NCBI GenBank assembly: GCA_008632985.1
Contig: QPGO01000324.1
Span: forward strand, 1 to 54,573
Reading direction: 5' to 3'
DNA from: Psammoneis japonica
Taxonomy: Eukaryota
Length of the DNA: 54,573 nt
A program made the translations under genes and the position numbers. Shown here piece after piece: positions 1-13,100 of the stretch (position 1 is its first letter; each line of letters begins with the position of its first letter). Below the pieces are notes generated by a model, which did no database searches, was not told the origin of the DNA, and saw nothing but the letters and a program-made list of their open reading frames with translations.

Positions 1-1028
1 AGGAGGATCGTCGCGCGGCGGTTTGGCGTTGCACTTCGGGCACGTCTTCTTGGTGCACCCCTCGAGACCGCAGCCAAAGCAGTGCTTCGTCTTCCCAGGG
101 TTGTCCGCAGTCGAAAGATTACTCTCGGGTAGCTTGGCGACCAATGCAGGCCACTCCCCGTCCTTCACGAGTTCGTTGTGTTGCTCCTGAATCCACGCAA
201 TGATGCCGACCGGTCCGAGCGTGTTGCAATCGCTGTCGGACACGATGTCAGCAGGATTCTTGAGGCGGTGCTTGCGTTCCATGGCCTTGACGTCGTCGAG
301 CTTGTTGTAGACTCGCCGATTGAAGTGTTCAGAGGACGTAGAGGAGATCTTGTGGAGCAGCTTGGAGCTTGTGTTCGCCGGAAGCGCGCAGTCGGTCTGC
401 ATGATTTTCACGATGCGAAGAGCTTCGGTGGCAAAGTCCGTGCAATCCTCGCCGGGATGGTTGACCAAACTAAGGTCTTCCAGCTGCTTCTTGGCCCAAC
501 ATCGTCGAGCTTGATCTCGTCGTACTTGGCATCATCGGCAGCTGCTTTCCGAACCGTGCACTCATTCACGAGATCGGTCACAGCAAACTCGTGAAGATGA
601 TCGAAGACACATTGAACCGTGTCGTCGCTGTTCTTGACATGGTAGAACGTCTGCTGACCGTGGGCTTCTACCAGATCTCGAATGGTCTTGACGAAATGGT
701 CCTTGTCAAGTTCGTTGATGGGACCGTCCAAAACCTCAAGTCGACCGTTGAACTTGGAAGTCATTGCGGAAGCTTCTTGATCGTGGAGAGATCGTTCTGT
801 CGAGTCGAGAGCCTTGGGATGACGGCACTGAGAGGCGAGTCGGTGGGTTCTATCGTTGGATTGTTCACACCTGTCGTTGAGTTTGGAACCACCAATGTAA
901 ACCCCGTGGGTTGGGTGAATTCCACCACGCAACGGCTTGGTTGGAGGCGGAGGAGCGGTCGCTGCGGCATTGGCGGCCATTGCGTTGGCAAACGCCTTCG
1001 CCAGAACAGCCGGATCGATGGCAGCCAT
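1..1028 (-). mobile_element. Ty1/Copia-type gag (diatom CoDi-like), frameshifted near 495, running off the left edge
   Basis: ORF 408-1028 continues after a frameshift in a frame reading WAKKQLEDLSLVNHPGED...GPVGIIAWIQEQHNELVKDGEWPAL...CFGCGLEGCTKKTCPKC. This gives gag-like LxLxx(Y)PGE and WPAL motifs plus a zinc-knuckle-like CxxCx4(H/Y)x4C. Family call from recalled motifs. Confidence 0.7.
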
Positions 1029-3659
1029 GATGGAGAGTGCAGTGTGGGAGGTTCTTGTTAGGGTGAAGATGAGAGAAGCGAGAGAGACTTGCTGTTTCCC
1101 GGGTTTGCTTCAAAATCAAAACCGAAAGCGTCCGTGACGATGACTCGGTCAGGAGCTCTCGTCAACGTGTAAACTTGGGTTCTACAACCAGTCGAGATGC
1201 AGTCCTGCAGCTGGGTAGGATGGATGAGACCTCGGAGGTTGGCAGCAACATGAACAGCACAGAGGCAAACAGACGCTTGTTCAAAGTCGTTGTCTAAAAA
1301 TTGTGACGAATGTCGTTGCTTCTGTTTGAATCGATTTTGTGATGAGCTGGTTGTTTTGAAGAGAAAATCTCAGTCTGGGTTGTGGTCGTGAGATGCGACC
1401 AGAATGACGTTGAGTCGTGACTGAGGCCAATGTTCTCCGGTGGGTTCACGACAAATCCATGGTGGCCATGGACACCCTGGACAACCACTCTGGCAAGAAC
1501 ATGACACAGGCTGGGGATGCCATCCAGAAACTCAGCAGTGAAACCAGGTGCACTTGCAAGACCTGTGAGCACCATTTGCACAGCAGGGTCATGCAACGAA
1601 GATGCAGACCGACTGCAAAGTTGCCATTGCTTGTCTTGAATCCATGGTGACTGCTGTGGAGGCTGCTGTTGAGATGTGCATCTCTGTGAGGGAACTCTTG
1701 CAGGGCTCCTTCAGGACTGTGAGGCCACTGCTGAGAAGCCCGCAGCAGAGCCACCTCCTGTTGACACATCCAACCTTGTCACCCACCAGGCATTGAGAAT
1801 GCCCTCAGCAACCACTGTGATGGTGTTGACACTGCTCTTGTCATGCACAAAAAGGAAGTTGATGCAGTCACTGTGGAGACTGAGCAGTCTTTGAAGGAGG
1901 CTCGCACTGCACATGCCATGGTCGAGGCTGCCCATCATGATGTTCACTCAGCCAGCAAGTCCATGGCCAAGCCCCCTGCAACACCTTCTGCTCCTCCTCC
2001 TCTGCTCTCAACTTCCACATCTGGCACTGACTCTGTCATCCTCACCAAGTTGACCACCATGTTGGAAACAATGGTGGGCCATCTCCATTCTGCCCCCCAG
2101 CTGATGATCCTTCTGCCTCCAGTGCATCCCGTGTTTTGTCCATGTCATCCTCAGAGAAATGTTGCAATGCAAAGAACTTTTGTGAAACTCCTGGTCCTTT
2201 CCTGCCCTCCATGGACAACCCCATTGCCATTGCTGCATTTTTGAAGTCAATGTGCAACCATTGTGTTGAAGTCGGCATTCCTGCCTGGGACCAGGAGGCC
2301 CCCTGTCTGCTGATTGTGCAGATGTCTGCAACCCAGCAATGATCAGTGCTGCCCATCAATCCAAGTGCATTGTGGAACTCCACTCCAGACTCTCTCAGGA
2401 CAACATCCTCCCAGATCATTCACTCCTGGAAGGATGGACAATGTCTGCATTTGCACCCATGATGGATCGTTGCACTGTTCTCACTCAACTTGCTCAAATC
2501 GGTGTTTTGGCCACATCTGGCATCCAGTCAGCCACAACCTTGACATGGGGGGGGGGGGGGGGGGGTGATCTGCACACATTTGTGGCCGAGCACACACCAT
2601 GCTGTTCCATGCAGGATGTTGAAGCCAATGCTTTGTCCACACCTGTGTCACCAAAGCAACATTCACTGGCACTTCTTCAAGCCTCACCCAAGGATTTGCA
2701 CTTGACGGTTGACTCACTTGTGGCCCATCAACAACTTGGTGACATGGATCTGATGGTTCTGTGTGCGCATGAACAATGTCTGCAACATTTTCCATGCTGA
2801 ACCAGAGTGACACTTGTTGGCAATTAAAATTTTCACACATTGTCTGCCTGACATTTCTGCTGACATTCATCACATGTTGATTTTGACTCTGTTCTTGACA
2901 CTTGTCAAGTCAGAAACAACTGAGCTGTTTGTTGCTTGTTTCAAGTCACCAGTGTTGCTCATTGTGTTCACACATTTTTAAACTTGTTAAGTTTGAATGC
3001 ATTTTCCCCTTCTCCCTCCATTTGCTGGCTGTCTCCCATCTGCTTTGCTCCATTTCTGCCAAATCTGTCCTTTTTTCCCACCGCACACACCACAAGCTGT
3101 CTTCTGGCACAAAATCTGCCAACAACAATGGCACACCTGCCCCTGTCATAATCCACTCTGTCCTGGTCAGATGTCTTCCAACAACGACCAGTGTGCTCTC
3201 CCGTGACATTCCCAAAGGTGTCCCCAGTGTTCTTCTTTCTTCCATTGTGGCCTTGACAATGCATCTTCCTCTCCCAGTCACTTTCCAGCTCTTTTGGTGC
3301 ATCAGGGCCTGTCAACCATTCCCTTGATTCAAGCACCAAAGGATTCATGTCCCTGTCTCTTCATGATGGCAATCCGTTGTGCCTTTGTCCAGATGTGCCA
3401 GCAATCAAGAGTTTCAGTCCTCCACCCACGGTGATCTCAAACTCCTCCAATGAACTGCTGGGGGGGAGGGTTCCTTTGACAATGACGTTGTCAACTCTCA
3501 TCATGTGCCTGTGTCAGAAGAACCCAGCATTGGCAATTCCCACCCAGTGATGGTGTCTGCTGCAATGACGTCCTTTTCATGGGGAGGAAGAGTTCAATGT
3601 TCTCTCAGCACAATGTTCTCTGACATCCTCCTCCCTCCCCAAAGAGGACCCCAATGACA

Positions 3660-6300
3660 ATGGTTTGCACTGCTTTGGTGCACTTGATCTGCAGGAGATG
3701 GAAGAAGCTCAGCTGTTGGAACCTCCATGCATTCATGAAACCAATGCCACCAAGAATCTTCACCCGGCAGAAGAAGAGTTGGTCTTGATGATGAAGAAGC
3801 ATCATCTCTCCCATGGCTTGCACAAGTTTTTTCTTTCTTGGGCTGGATGTGCCAAGGAGAGTGATGGTGAGCACATGTCTCTCTCCTGTTCTGCCACCTT
3901 GCAATGCATGAAAACCAAGCATGCCAATCATGTGGGCCCAGAGCCCATTCATTCCACAGTGCATGTGGAACCCGAGTTCCCCCCCAATGCATGTGCACCA
4001 CCAATTTTCCTTTCTGCATCATGTGAGAAGGGTGCTCCTTGACCCCCAGGTTGTCCAGTCTTGTCAGTGGTCGTGCTGTGAGAAGCACTGCCCCAAAACT
4101 GATGAGCACATTCATGACTCTCTTAGCACTGGAGACTGGTGGAAGCAAGTGGAGTTTGATCTCCAATCTTCCCTTGGTGAACTGGGCAATGGCTGCTCCT
4201 CTGGGTCACACTTTGTTTGCCCAGCAATGCTGTTTGACGATTCCACCATTTACGACAACACAGGTTGACTGCAAGCACAACCTGTTCTTGTGACCTTGGG
4301 CAGTTTCAGTGATGAAGTGTCATTGCAGCAGCCACTCCCCTTGGTCAACACTTGGAATGTGCCACCGCATCCAAAGACAAGCAACAAGTGCACCACTGAC
4401 TGCCTGTCAGTCAAAGAACAGACAGGAGATGCACATCAAGCTCTGCCACAGCACCTTGTGGGAGATGTTCACAGAGTTGCTTCAACTGTAAAAGCAAAAG
4501 ACTGGCGCTCCCCCATTGTGGTGCCATCTCTGGGCTTTGTCCATCTCCATTTTTGATTGTGCATGAGGCTGGCATTGCAAAAGGTCATGATGACATGGCT
4601 TGTCACTGAAACTCCCGCTCAAGCAACATGTCCCAGATGAATGGGGACTGTGACATGCTGCAGTGTTTTGGTGACAATCCCTTGTTTAGCTGCAAGTCAA
4701 CTTGGTGAAACAAGAAACCATCCAGGGGATGGTGGAGGCTGCCACAATGGCCATGGAGGAAAGGCACCATGGCAAGGTGACTGCAGCTCACAAACAGTGC
4801 AAGGACATTTCTCAGCACCTGGTGTGTCCCATGTTTTGGGATGTCCCTCATGGCAAAGGCAGGCATGGCACATTTGGCATGCTCCCCTGTGAGCTGTTGG
4901 ATGCCTTGCACTTGGGCGATTAGAAGAATCTGCTTCATGCCTTCTTCAACCTGCATCAAGTCCCAGAAAACGTGTTGTTGTGGTGTTGTGAACATGTTGG
5001 TGAAGGGGAGTGCTGCACAATGGACAACCAACCATCTGTCACATTCAAGGAGCTCCTAAAGCTGTTTCACAAAGCTGAGTTTGAGAGATGCTTCAGAGTT
5101 GTCACACATGCATCCAGGAGGCAAAAGTGATTGAAAAATGCCAAAATCTCCATTTAAGAATTGAGTCACTTTCCAGACTTGTCTGTCTGGTCAAGAGCAT
5201 CCAGGTTTGTTGCTTGCAACACTTGCTGCAATGAAAGGCATGCTTTGAAAGGAAGACAACAGCCTTGAGCCACTGGAGAGTCACTTTGCCCACCTCATGT
5301 TCATGTCATTGGGATTGGATGTGGCATTGTCCAAGCCCTCCCAGCAAGGAAAGCTTTCTTGCATGTCTGCAGAAATGCGCCCTCAAGCACCTCCAATTGT
5401 TTCAATTTGTGGTTGGCCCATTCAGAGAGCGCCGTTCTTGTTCCGGACATTGCATGTCCAAGTTCCATGGTTTTCTTCATTTCCTTTTTTCATTCATCAG
5501 TGCGGCAATGCCAACAACTGTGAGGACCTGGTGGTGAGGAAATCAGAGAAGCATTTGCTGGAGGCAGGTTGGCTCCATGCACAAGAAGATGAGGCTCCTG
5601 TGCCCCACCGACAATCAAATTGTGGATGCACAGACCCTGTTGCTGCATTCAAACCTCACATGAATCCATCATGATGGCCACCCAGGTTGCAAATGCAGAT
5701 GACAACAATGCCACATGGTCTGTGAAATGTAGAGACAAACAGTTGCAGACACCATCCAGTCCATTTGTTCCAGGCAATTGTGGCAATGAGTGGGTGACAT
5801 CCTTGCTGGATCATGCAAAAAAATGTTGAGACTTCCCCATTGATGTTGTGAACTGTTGCTTTGGATGTGATGCTCTGGGGCCAGCCACTGATGAACATGA
5901 CATTCTAAGATGCCATCCAAACTTTCACTCCCATCCATGGAAATGAAGGAGTTGGCATGACTGCGCTGTGGTGAAGTGGAACGATGATGAAACAAGCTGC
6001 TTGGTTGCAGCTCATGTGTTGTTGTGGGTGACCTTGGAGAGCAAAACAATGGAGCGCAAATCCACAGTTTGTGCAACCCATTTGCTCTGGAGCTTCACAC
6101 CAACCAAAGATTCACTCCTGACCTTTTTTTTGGTGACAAGACAGAGTCAGAAATTAGAGTTGTTGATGCTTCTGACACATTGTCCACTGACTTTATTCTT
6201 CCTTTGACTGGGTCATCCCAAGACCCATTTCCTGACAGTTCAGAGGATGCCACTTGTTTTGTGGTTGTTCCACCAAGAATTGACTGGTGCAACATGACTC
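3660..6300 (+). pseudogene. Plavaka-like (CACTA-related) transposase relic
   Basis: Colinear motifs across frameshifts: STGDWWKQ..FVCPAMLFDDST..QPVLVTLG (~4130-4300), GHDDMAC (~4585), FWDVPHG..GTFGMLPCELLDALHLG (~4830-4920), LSGQEHPGLLL (~5185), SKFHGFLH..CGNANN (~5460), ILRCHPNF..WHDCAVVKW (~5900-5980), FVVVPPRIDW (~6260). Confidence 0.65.
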
Positions 6301-9300
6301 TGTCTTTGACAGAGGAACATTTGGACCTTGAACATTTGGATGAATGCTGGCAAATTAATGCAAGTTCCATTGACTGGACATCCCATCTAAATCCCAAATG
6401 TCTGTCCATCACAGTCCAATGAACAAGAGAGTTTTTGTGCCCATTTCACATGACTTGAACAACCTCCTTGTGTTGTTTTGTGGAAAAGGAAACTTTTGGC
6501 ATGATGTGTTTTCTTGCTGTCATCTGGTTGCACCTGACTTCTGTGTTGCCAACACCACTGTGCAGTGGAAATGGCAGCACATCAGCCAGTGCAATGCCTC
6601 TGTCCTTGGCCAGGTCCAGCATCTGGATTTTGTTGTCAATTGTTTCCTTTCACAAATCAACTGTGTTGTTCTTGGGGCTCCGTGCTGTGCTGCACTTGAT
6701 GGCAGAGAAAGCTTTGGCATCAATTTCAACAGGGTCCAAACCATGGCTTGACATGTCAAAGTCTCCCACAAGTGCAATTTCCTCTTGCCATCCAAAAGTT
6801 TGTTCAACACAGCTTCTGGCAGCAGCCAGCCCTCTCCACATGACAAATGGCAAACAAGATTTGCACAACCCAGAAACAAGTCATCACAACAAATGCCAAG
6901 CTCTTTTTCCATTGCAGATTTCCCCAACAAGAGTGGTGGCAATGTCACATGAGACTCTGCCAGTGCTGCCAAATTTGTTTTGTTCTGTGGCTTGCCCACA
7001 ACATGACACCGGCTTGTCAACACTCCCAAGTCAACACCCGGAACTTTCCCTTTTTTGTCAAAGGGCCACACACACACTCAAGTTCTTCATGTGTTTGTTC
7101 TGGGTCATGCTCCAACACAGTGGTGTCAACTGCAGAACTTGGCAGAGAGAGTTTGCTTGGTTCTTCCATTTTTGGCAAAGTTTGCCTTTGACATTGAAGG
7201 GTGTGGTGCAATGGAGATAGAGGCAGAGATGGAGCACAGCTCACCAATGACATTTAAGGGTGTGGGGGGCAATGGAGATGGAGATGGAGAAACAGTGATG
7301 TGAGTTGCAAAGTGCAGTCTCATCAATGCAGTGTTTCATCATGTGCCACAAGTGTGTTGCAAAAGCTGCACTGATTTTCCTGTCAACAATTGATTTCCAG
7401 ATTGATGGCTGCAAGCTTCATTTGCTTGTGTGCAACTCTCATTGAGACAAAACAATTCTCATTCTTTTTTTCTGCGCATTCTTGCAAAACAACTCTTCAG
7501 GTTGGAACTCTCTGTTGCCACCTTGTTGGTTGGGGAAAGACCATTTCTTTGCAGTGAGCAAGAATGGAACCTTGCTGGGCCAAGGTGCGTTTGATGTCTC
7601 AGGAAGATCCAGGAGGGAAGGTTCCAAGAGGAAGGTTCATTCCATCTGCAAGGTTCAAGTTGCATCACAAACATTGCCAATGCCACAATGTTGGCAAGCA
7701 CAATTGAAACGAAAGGTTCAAGTTCCATCACAATCATGCCAGAACAATTGAAACATGCAACAGCACATGCTGAGTGATTCAGAGCTGATGCATGTCTGTG
7801 CAATCTCCAGCTGAAAAGGGAACAAATTCTCTCAGAGGAGTGCAACAACCTAGATCAATTGCTGCAAACATGTGTTGCACAGACACAGCACACATCAGGG
7901 AGAGTCAGTCACACCTCCACCCACTGCTCCACTTGCTGCACATGGACAAAACCAGCATTTCCCAGGAGACCACGTTTTCATTGAGAACTCCATCAGTCAC
8001 ATGCTGACTTGCAGATCAACTTCAGCAGACAGGGCTGTGGCAGTTGATCATGCTTCTCCTGGCTGTGTGCACTTTCAGACATGCAATGGTTGCAACACCT
8101 GGCACCATCCATCAAATGTCAGACTGCTTGCTCAAGCCAAGGCAGACTCCATTTTTTGTGAATGTTGCATGAGATCACAGCCCGATTTTGAGCAAGACAA
8201 AGTGCACCCCACAACTGCATCCACCAAACACAATGGACTGATTTGTCAAATTGGCTGAGGATGGTCAATGGGGTGGGATCCCAAATTGTGGCATGTTGCA
8301 TTGAACAGTGACTGATTTTGGTCAGCATCTTGTGTGAGCTCTTTGGCAAACCTGCACTCATGGACAACAGCCCGTGACCAACTCACTGTGGATTCCATGG
8401 GCTCCATTGCAGTCAAATTCTCAACCATTTTCATTCTGTTTTCTTCAAGAAGGAACTGCCAGGCCACTCAAAAGTCACCAATGAACAAAAAATGAAGAAG
8501 AACCTTGGTCTCTCAGGAAATCCTCTGTGGATCACTTCTCTTTGTTGGCATTTTTTCTCTTGCGTTGTGCCATCATGTGCAACTCTTGTCCATCAATGAT
8601 GGCAAAGGGTCCACATTCTTGACGGTGCAATTCTCCCTCCCCTTTTCTTTTAATTTGACATCTTTGACATCATGGGCAGTTCACCATCCTTCTGCTTTCT
8701 CAAAAAGTTGTGCATTGACAAAGCACCGGAAATGTGTCATGATGGAATGGTGGGTTGGGAAATTGCCCCATTTGCCGTGCCCATCCACTGTGCAGTTGCT
8801 GCATTTTTGGAAGTTTTGTAAATGATGATGGAAATTCATGCAGCTGCCTTCATGTGGTGCAAGGGTGTCAATCCTTTCTTGTGTTGTTCCAAAATCAGTG
8901 TGGCAGCAAATGATGTTTCTTTCAAAAAGGCGTGTGCAATGCTGGTTCTCTGGCAGTTTCCTGTGAACACACAACAGCCAGGCAAGAGTGTGGTTGTCTT
9001 CTTTTGGATTTGGAAACCTTGTGCTGCAATGACAACTTGGTTCTGCAGTGCAGACAACACAGTGCTCCTGTTTGCATCGATGAATGTTTGCCATTGAGTG
9101 CACCACTGTTTGTTGCACAGTCTTGATCAATTGGAAAGAAACAAATCCGAAAACCCTTCTGCAAGGTCAGTGTGCTCTTGCTGACACCTTGTCAAGAATG
9201 AACAAGTTAGAAATGTTTGCTGTGTTGTTGTCACTCCCTCATCATGTTGTCTTGTTGAGAATGCATTAAAAGCACATTTGTCAACCATCAACAACGAATT

Positions 9301-10064
9301 GTCAATGACAGAAAAAACCAAATTCGCAAATCAAACAGCCAGCACACAGCTCAACCAATGCCACCAAGTCAAGTCATGCCCATGCAGCAAGTGCTGCTGT
9401 TGCATCTTCACTCTTCATCCACACAATGGCAGCAGAACAACCATGGACAAAACAAACCTGGACAAGTCTCCCAAGTTAGCTGTCTTTTTGGATGACAATC
9501 TTGATGTGCCAAGCCTTGGCACCACAAACTTGTCAAAGGATTTGTTGATGCCATCTCAATGCAAAAGAAATCACCAGCATTGGAGGACATCATTTGCCCT
9601 GCCAGGTGCCATTCATGTGTCAACAGATGGCACAACTTCCTCCTCCCCTGAAACACCAGTTGTCAAGGAACCTCCAGCAACATCTTCCCGATTGGAAAAC
9701 ATGCACAAAAGAGAAGCCACAGCCCTTTCTCACGGAAGCTCCCATGTTTTGTGATCATCCTAAAACAAGAAAGCGCTGTGCTGAAACTCCATTTTTAGAG
9801 GACAACTGCATGTTTTTCATTCAAAGCAACCAAAAGTGAAAGTGGACAAACCCCTTGTGGTGGACAACACAAAGCTGGAAAAGACATTGGAGGTGACACA
9901 CAATTGGTGTCATCCGGCACTTGTTGCACTGCCACAGTCTGTGTGCAAGGAAGAAATCAGTCATTTGGGCTTGGATGCTTCCACCTTGCAGGAGACGATA
10001 GATGAGCCATTTGAGTCAACCAAGAAAAGTGTGAGTGCAAAGGATGCAAAGGAATGGTCTGCAA

Positions 10065-10120
10065 AAGGAAGGAGGGAAGGAAGGAAGGAAGGAAGGAAGG
10101 AAGGAAGGAAGGAAGGAAGG
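10065..10120. repeat. (GGAA)n microsatellite
   Basis: About 13 near-perfect GGAA units are directly visible. Confidence 0.95.
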
Positions 10121-13100
10121 CCATTGAGATGTCCAGGAAATGCCAAGTTCATTGTGGCAACCACAGCAATCCAAGGTTGAGTGGCCCTGTCACACACTCC
10201 CAGAAATGTGGACATGGGCAGGTTTGGGTCAGTCAAGCCAATTCAAAAGCATGCAGAACAAAAGGACAAGGAGATGGAAGAGTCTGCCAGAGGTGCATCA
10301 TGGAGAGCTTGGGCAAGGCAGCACTGAACACATTCTGCATTGGCTGGCCCATTTATGAGGAGTTGACAGCACGTAAAAAGAGGTGGTGGGCAACCACCAA
10401 CAGGCTTCATGGCTTGGCTAAAGAGTTGCTCAATGGAGAAGAAAGGCACTGCTGCTCCATTGTGGGTGAAAAACCACACACCACCCTCACCATTGCAGCT
10501 GGGTGTGTGCTGGTGGGGTCACTGGCATTCATGTTGACACAAACAATGCATCTGTGGGATGAAGGGGATCACCGGACTTCCATTGCATCCTCACCGACAA
10601 TGCAAACATTGCCCTCCTTGTGTGTGTTCCAGCATGCAAAGGTGTGTTGTGACCAATGTTGGTTTTGCAACGGGCAAAAACCATGACTTGTTTTGTGCAG
10701 GATCATTGCATCATGGAGCACTCACCCATGCAAGCCAATCAAACAAATTGCTCAGTCCCAAGCAAGAGTGGATTGGCAATTGCAGCAAAAATGGGAAATG
10801 TCTGTTCCTGGCTTGGTGCACAAAGCAAAACTTGCCAGTGGTGCACACAATTGATGAGGTGTGCCAAAAATGCAATGTGGAACCTCGTCCATTCATGACA
10901 AAGACAGGCAATGGACCAAATCAAATTCAGAATGAGAACAGGAATGAATGGCAGGATTTCAGCAGTGCAGGTGCCAACAAGGATTGGATCCATCTGCACA
11001 AGAAGTTGGAAGGGATGGAATCCCTTCACAACTGTGGCGAGGAATGCAAAATCTGGCGACATTGGGACAGGCAATTGCTGCAATGACAGCACACTTTGTG
11101 GGCTGCAAATGCTGACAACACATGAGGTTGCTGCAATTGGAACATTGCAAATGGTTGCCACCAAAACACATCAAACTCTGGCAGATCCATGAGCCTGGTT
11201 GGACACATCTTCATTGTTTTCCACAGAAACATCTTGCTCATCTGTGTCCTCATGCTTTCCAACTCTTCTTCCTGTGACACACTGTCATCCTCTGGCATGG
11301 GTGTGGGGAAAGTCACTTCTTCCAATGGGGGGACCGGGTTGCTGTTGCCTGTTCCCTGGTTGTGTGACAAAAAAAATCAAGAGTTGGTGTGACTGGAACA
11401 TCCATCACCAGAGCCAATGAACCTTGATTTGCAATGGCAGCTGGTTGGCTTGGTGCCTTCATCTCCAAATTGTTGTTGGACAAAACAAAGGCAAATCCGC
11501 ACCCTGAATCAGGGTTCCCAGGTTTGTTCAGAGTGCCATCCAATGCCCTGTTGGAGCTGATGACAATGTTGCAACGATTCATGAAATGTGCAATGTCCAG
11601 GGCAGCACACTTCTGCTTGGATTTGACCAAAGGGACATCATTGGTGATGAGGTGTGTGCGCCACTGTGCGCATTCTTGAGCGACATCCTCAGTGGTCAGA
11701 TTGGCACTTTCAGGTGAAGGTGGCACACCATCCATGTTCTCTGCAGGCTGTCAATCAGATTGTCCTCATGGTGGTGGAACACATTGGTGAGGAGAAACTT
11801 TACAGCAATGAACTGGGTGAGTGCCTCCTGCACAACACTCTCCATGCAGTGGGCCACAGTTTGCCCATTGTGCTTGTCGCAGCATTCAGCAACTTTGGTG
11901 TGGCTCTGCTTGCAGTCTTTCATCAGTGTTCAGGCATGACAAAGGCAGACGGCAGTGGCAAGAGGCAGAAATGAGGCCACCCACAGAGACTTGACCATTC
12001 ATCCAAAGCAGCATGCAGCGTGAAGATGAGCTGCATCATGACAATGCACAACGGCACTGTTTTCCTCATCTGTCAATTCAATGCCAGTGGGTGGGTCATT
12101 GAACAAGTCAACAAGAGTGTGCTGGCTTGAAAAAGACAGACAAGCCAAAAACACATCATGAGTGACACAAAAAAATGGGAGAAAAGAGGGAAAGGAAGGG
12201 CATCACCTTGAGCACCGGGATTGGAGCCACACAGACAGAGCAACATTTTTTGAACATGCTTTCCAGGATGGTGGGAAACAAGGCACTCCCAGCCTTTGGC
12301 AGCAGAGTGTGATTGATTTGTGTTTGAAGGTGGGGTGCAAAGGCATTTTGTTCTTGATTCATGCATGTGAGGGCCGACGGGCCAACCTTTTCCCAAAATC
12401 TTTGACAAACCTCAGGTTTGTTGAATTTGTTGTCAACCCGGTCCTGGTCAGCTTTCAGGTTTTTTGGGGATGCATGGTCCCAAACCATCATTGCGATGGG
12501 ACACTCGGAGTTTGCACCAGCATCCAGGAGCAAATGGCAATTCATGGGTGTTCCCTGTCTCTTGTTTGGATGGAAACCCAAGAGCAAACAGAAAAGCATG
12601 CCCCACCTTTGAGTTGCCAACTTTCTTCACAACAAGGTCATTCTCCAAAGTTGTCATTTCATTGGCATGAAGGGTCTGTTGTTGATGTTTCTGGAGAGAG
12701 GTGATCTTCTTGTTGGTGGTGGAAACTTTGGCTGCACAGGCTTTGCACTTTTCCTCAAGCTGCTTGCACATCTTTTTGTTTTGGTTTTTGCAAAGGCTGT
12801 GCATGCACCAGCAAAAAAAAACAGCCACATTCTGCACTGCTTTCCAGTCAATTTTTTGGGCATGCTTGGAGGAGGCTTGAAGCAGATGGGAGTTTTGCAA
12901 GATGGGGCTTCATGGCGCTCCTCAAGAAATTTGAGATCTTCATCTGTGACTGCAGGGGAGCAGTTCTCCGACACATGATCAGAGGTGTCCACTTCATTTG
13001 TTGATGGATCTGCAGCAGCAGGGGCAGATCTTGCATCACCAGCTGGTGGAGCAGCTTCAGACAAAGAGCCTTGATGTTGCTGAGGGCCTGTCCAGGAGCC

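Noticed and set aside
1170..1200. TGGTTGTAGAACCC on the minus strand as a primer-binding site for the left Copia
   Set aside because: It is not preceded by an LTR-ending CA, and there is no second LTR in the window to confirm it.
2547..2565. Poly-G tracts (also 15962-15976) as G-quadruplex elements
   Set aside because: Simple homopolymers, one abutting an assembly gap; their length is unreliable.
1410..2800. Possible decayed gag-like ORF on the plus strand, perhaps belonging to the Copia pol at 14.5 kb
   Set aside because: No diagnostic motif was recognised, and the link across 12 kb cannot be shown.
11060..11115. CNDSTLCG resembling a Ulp1/C48 protease catalytic motif
   Set aside because: The catalytic His/Asp motifs could not be located, and chance Cys motifs are common in this composition.
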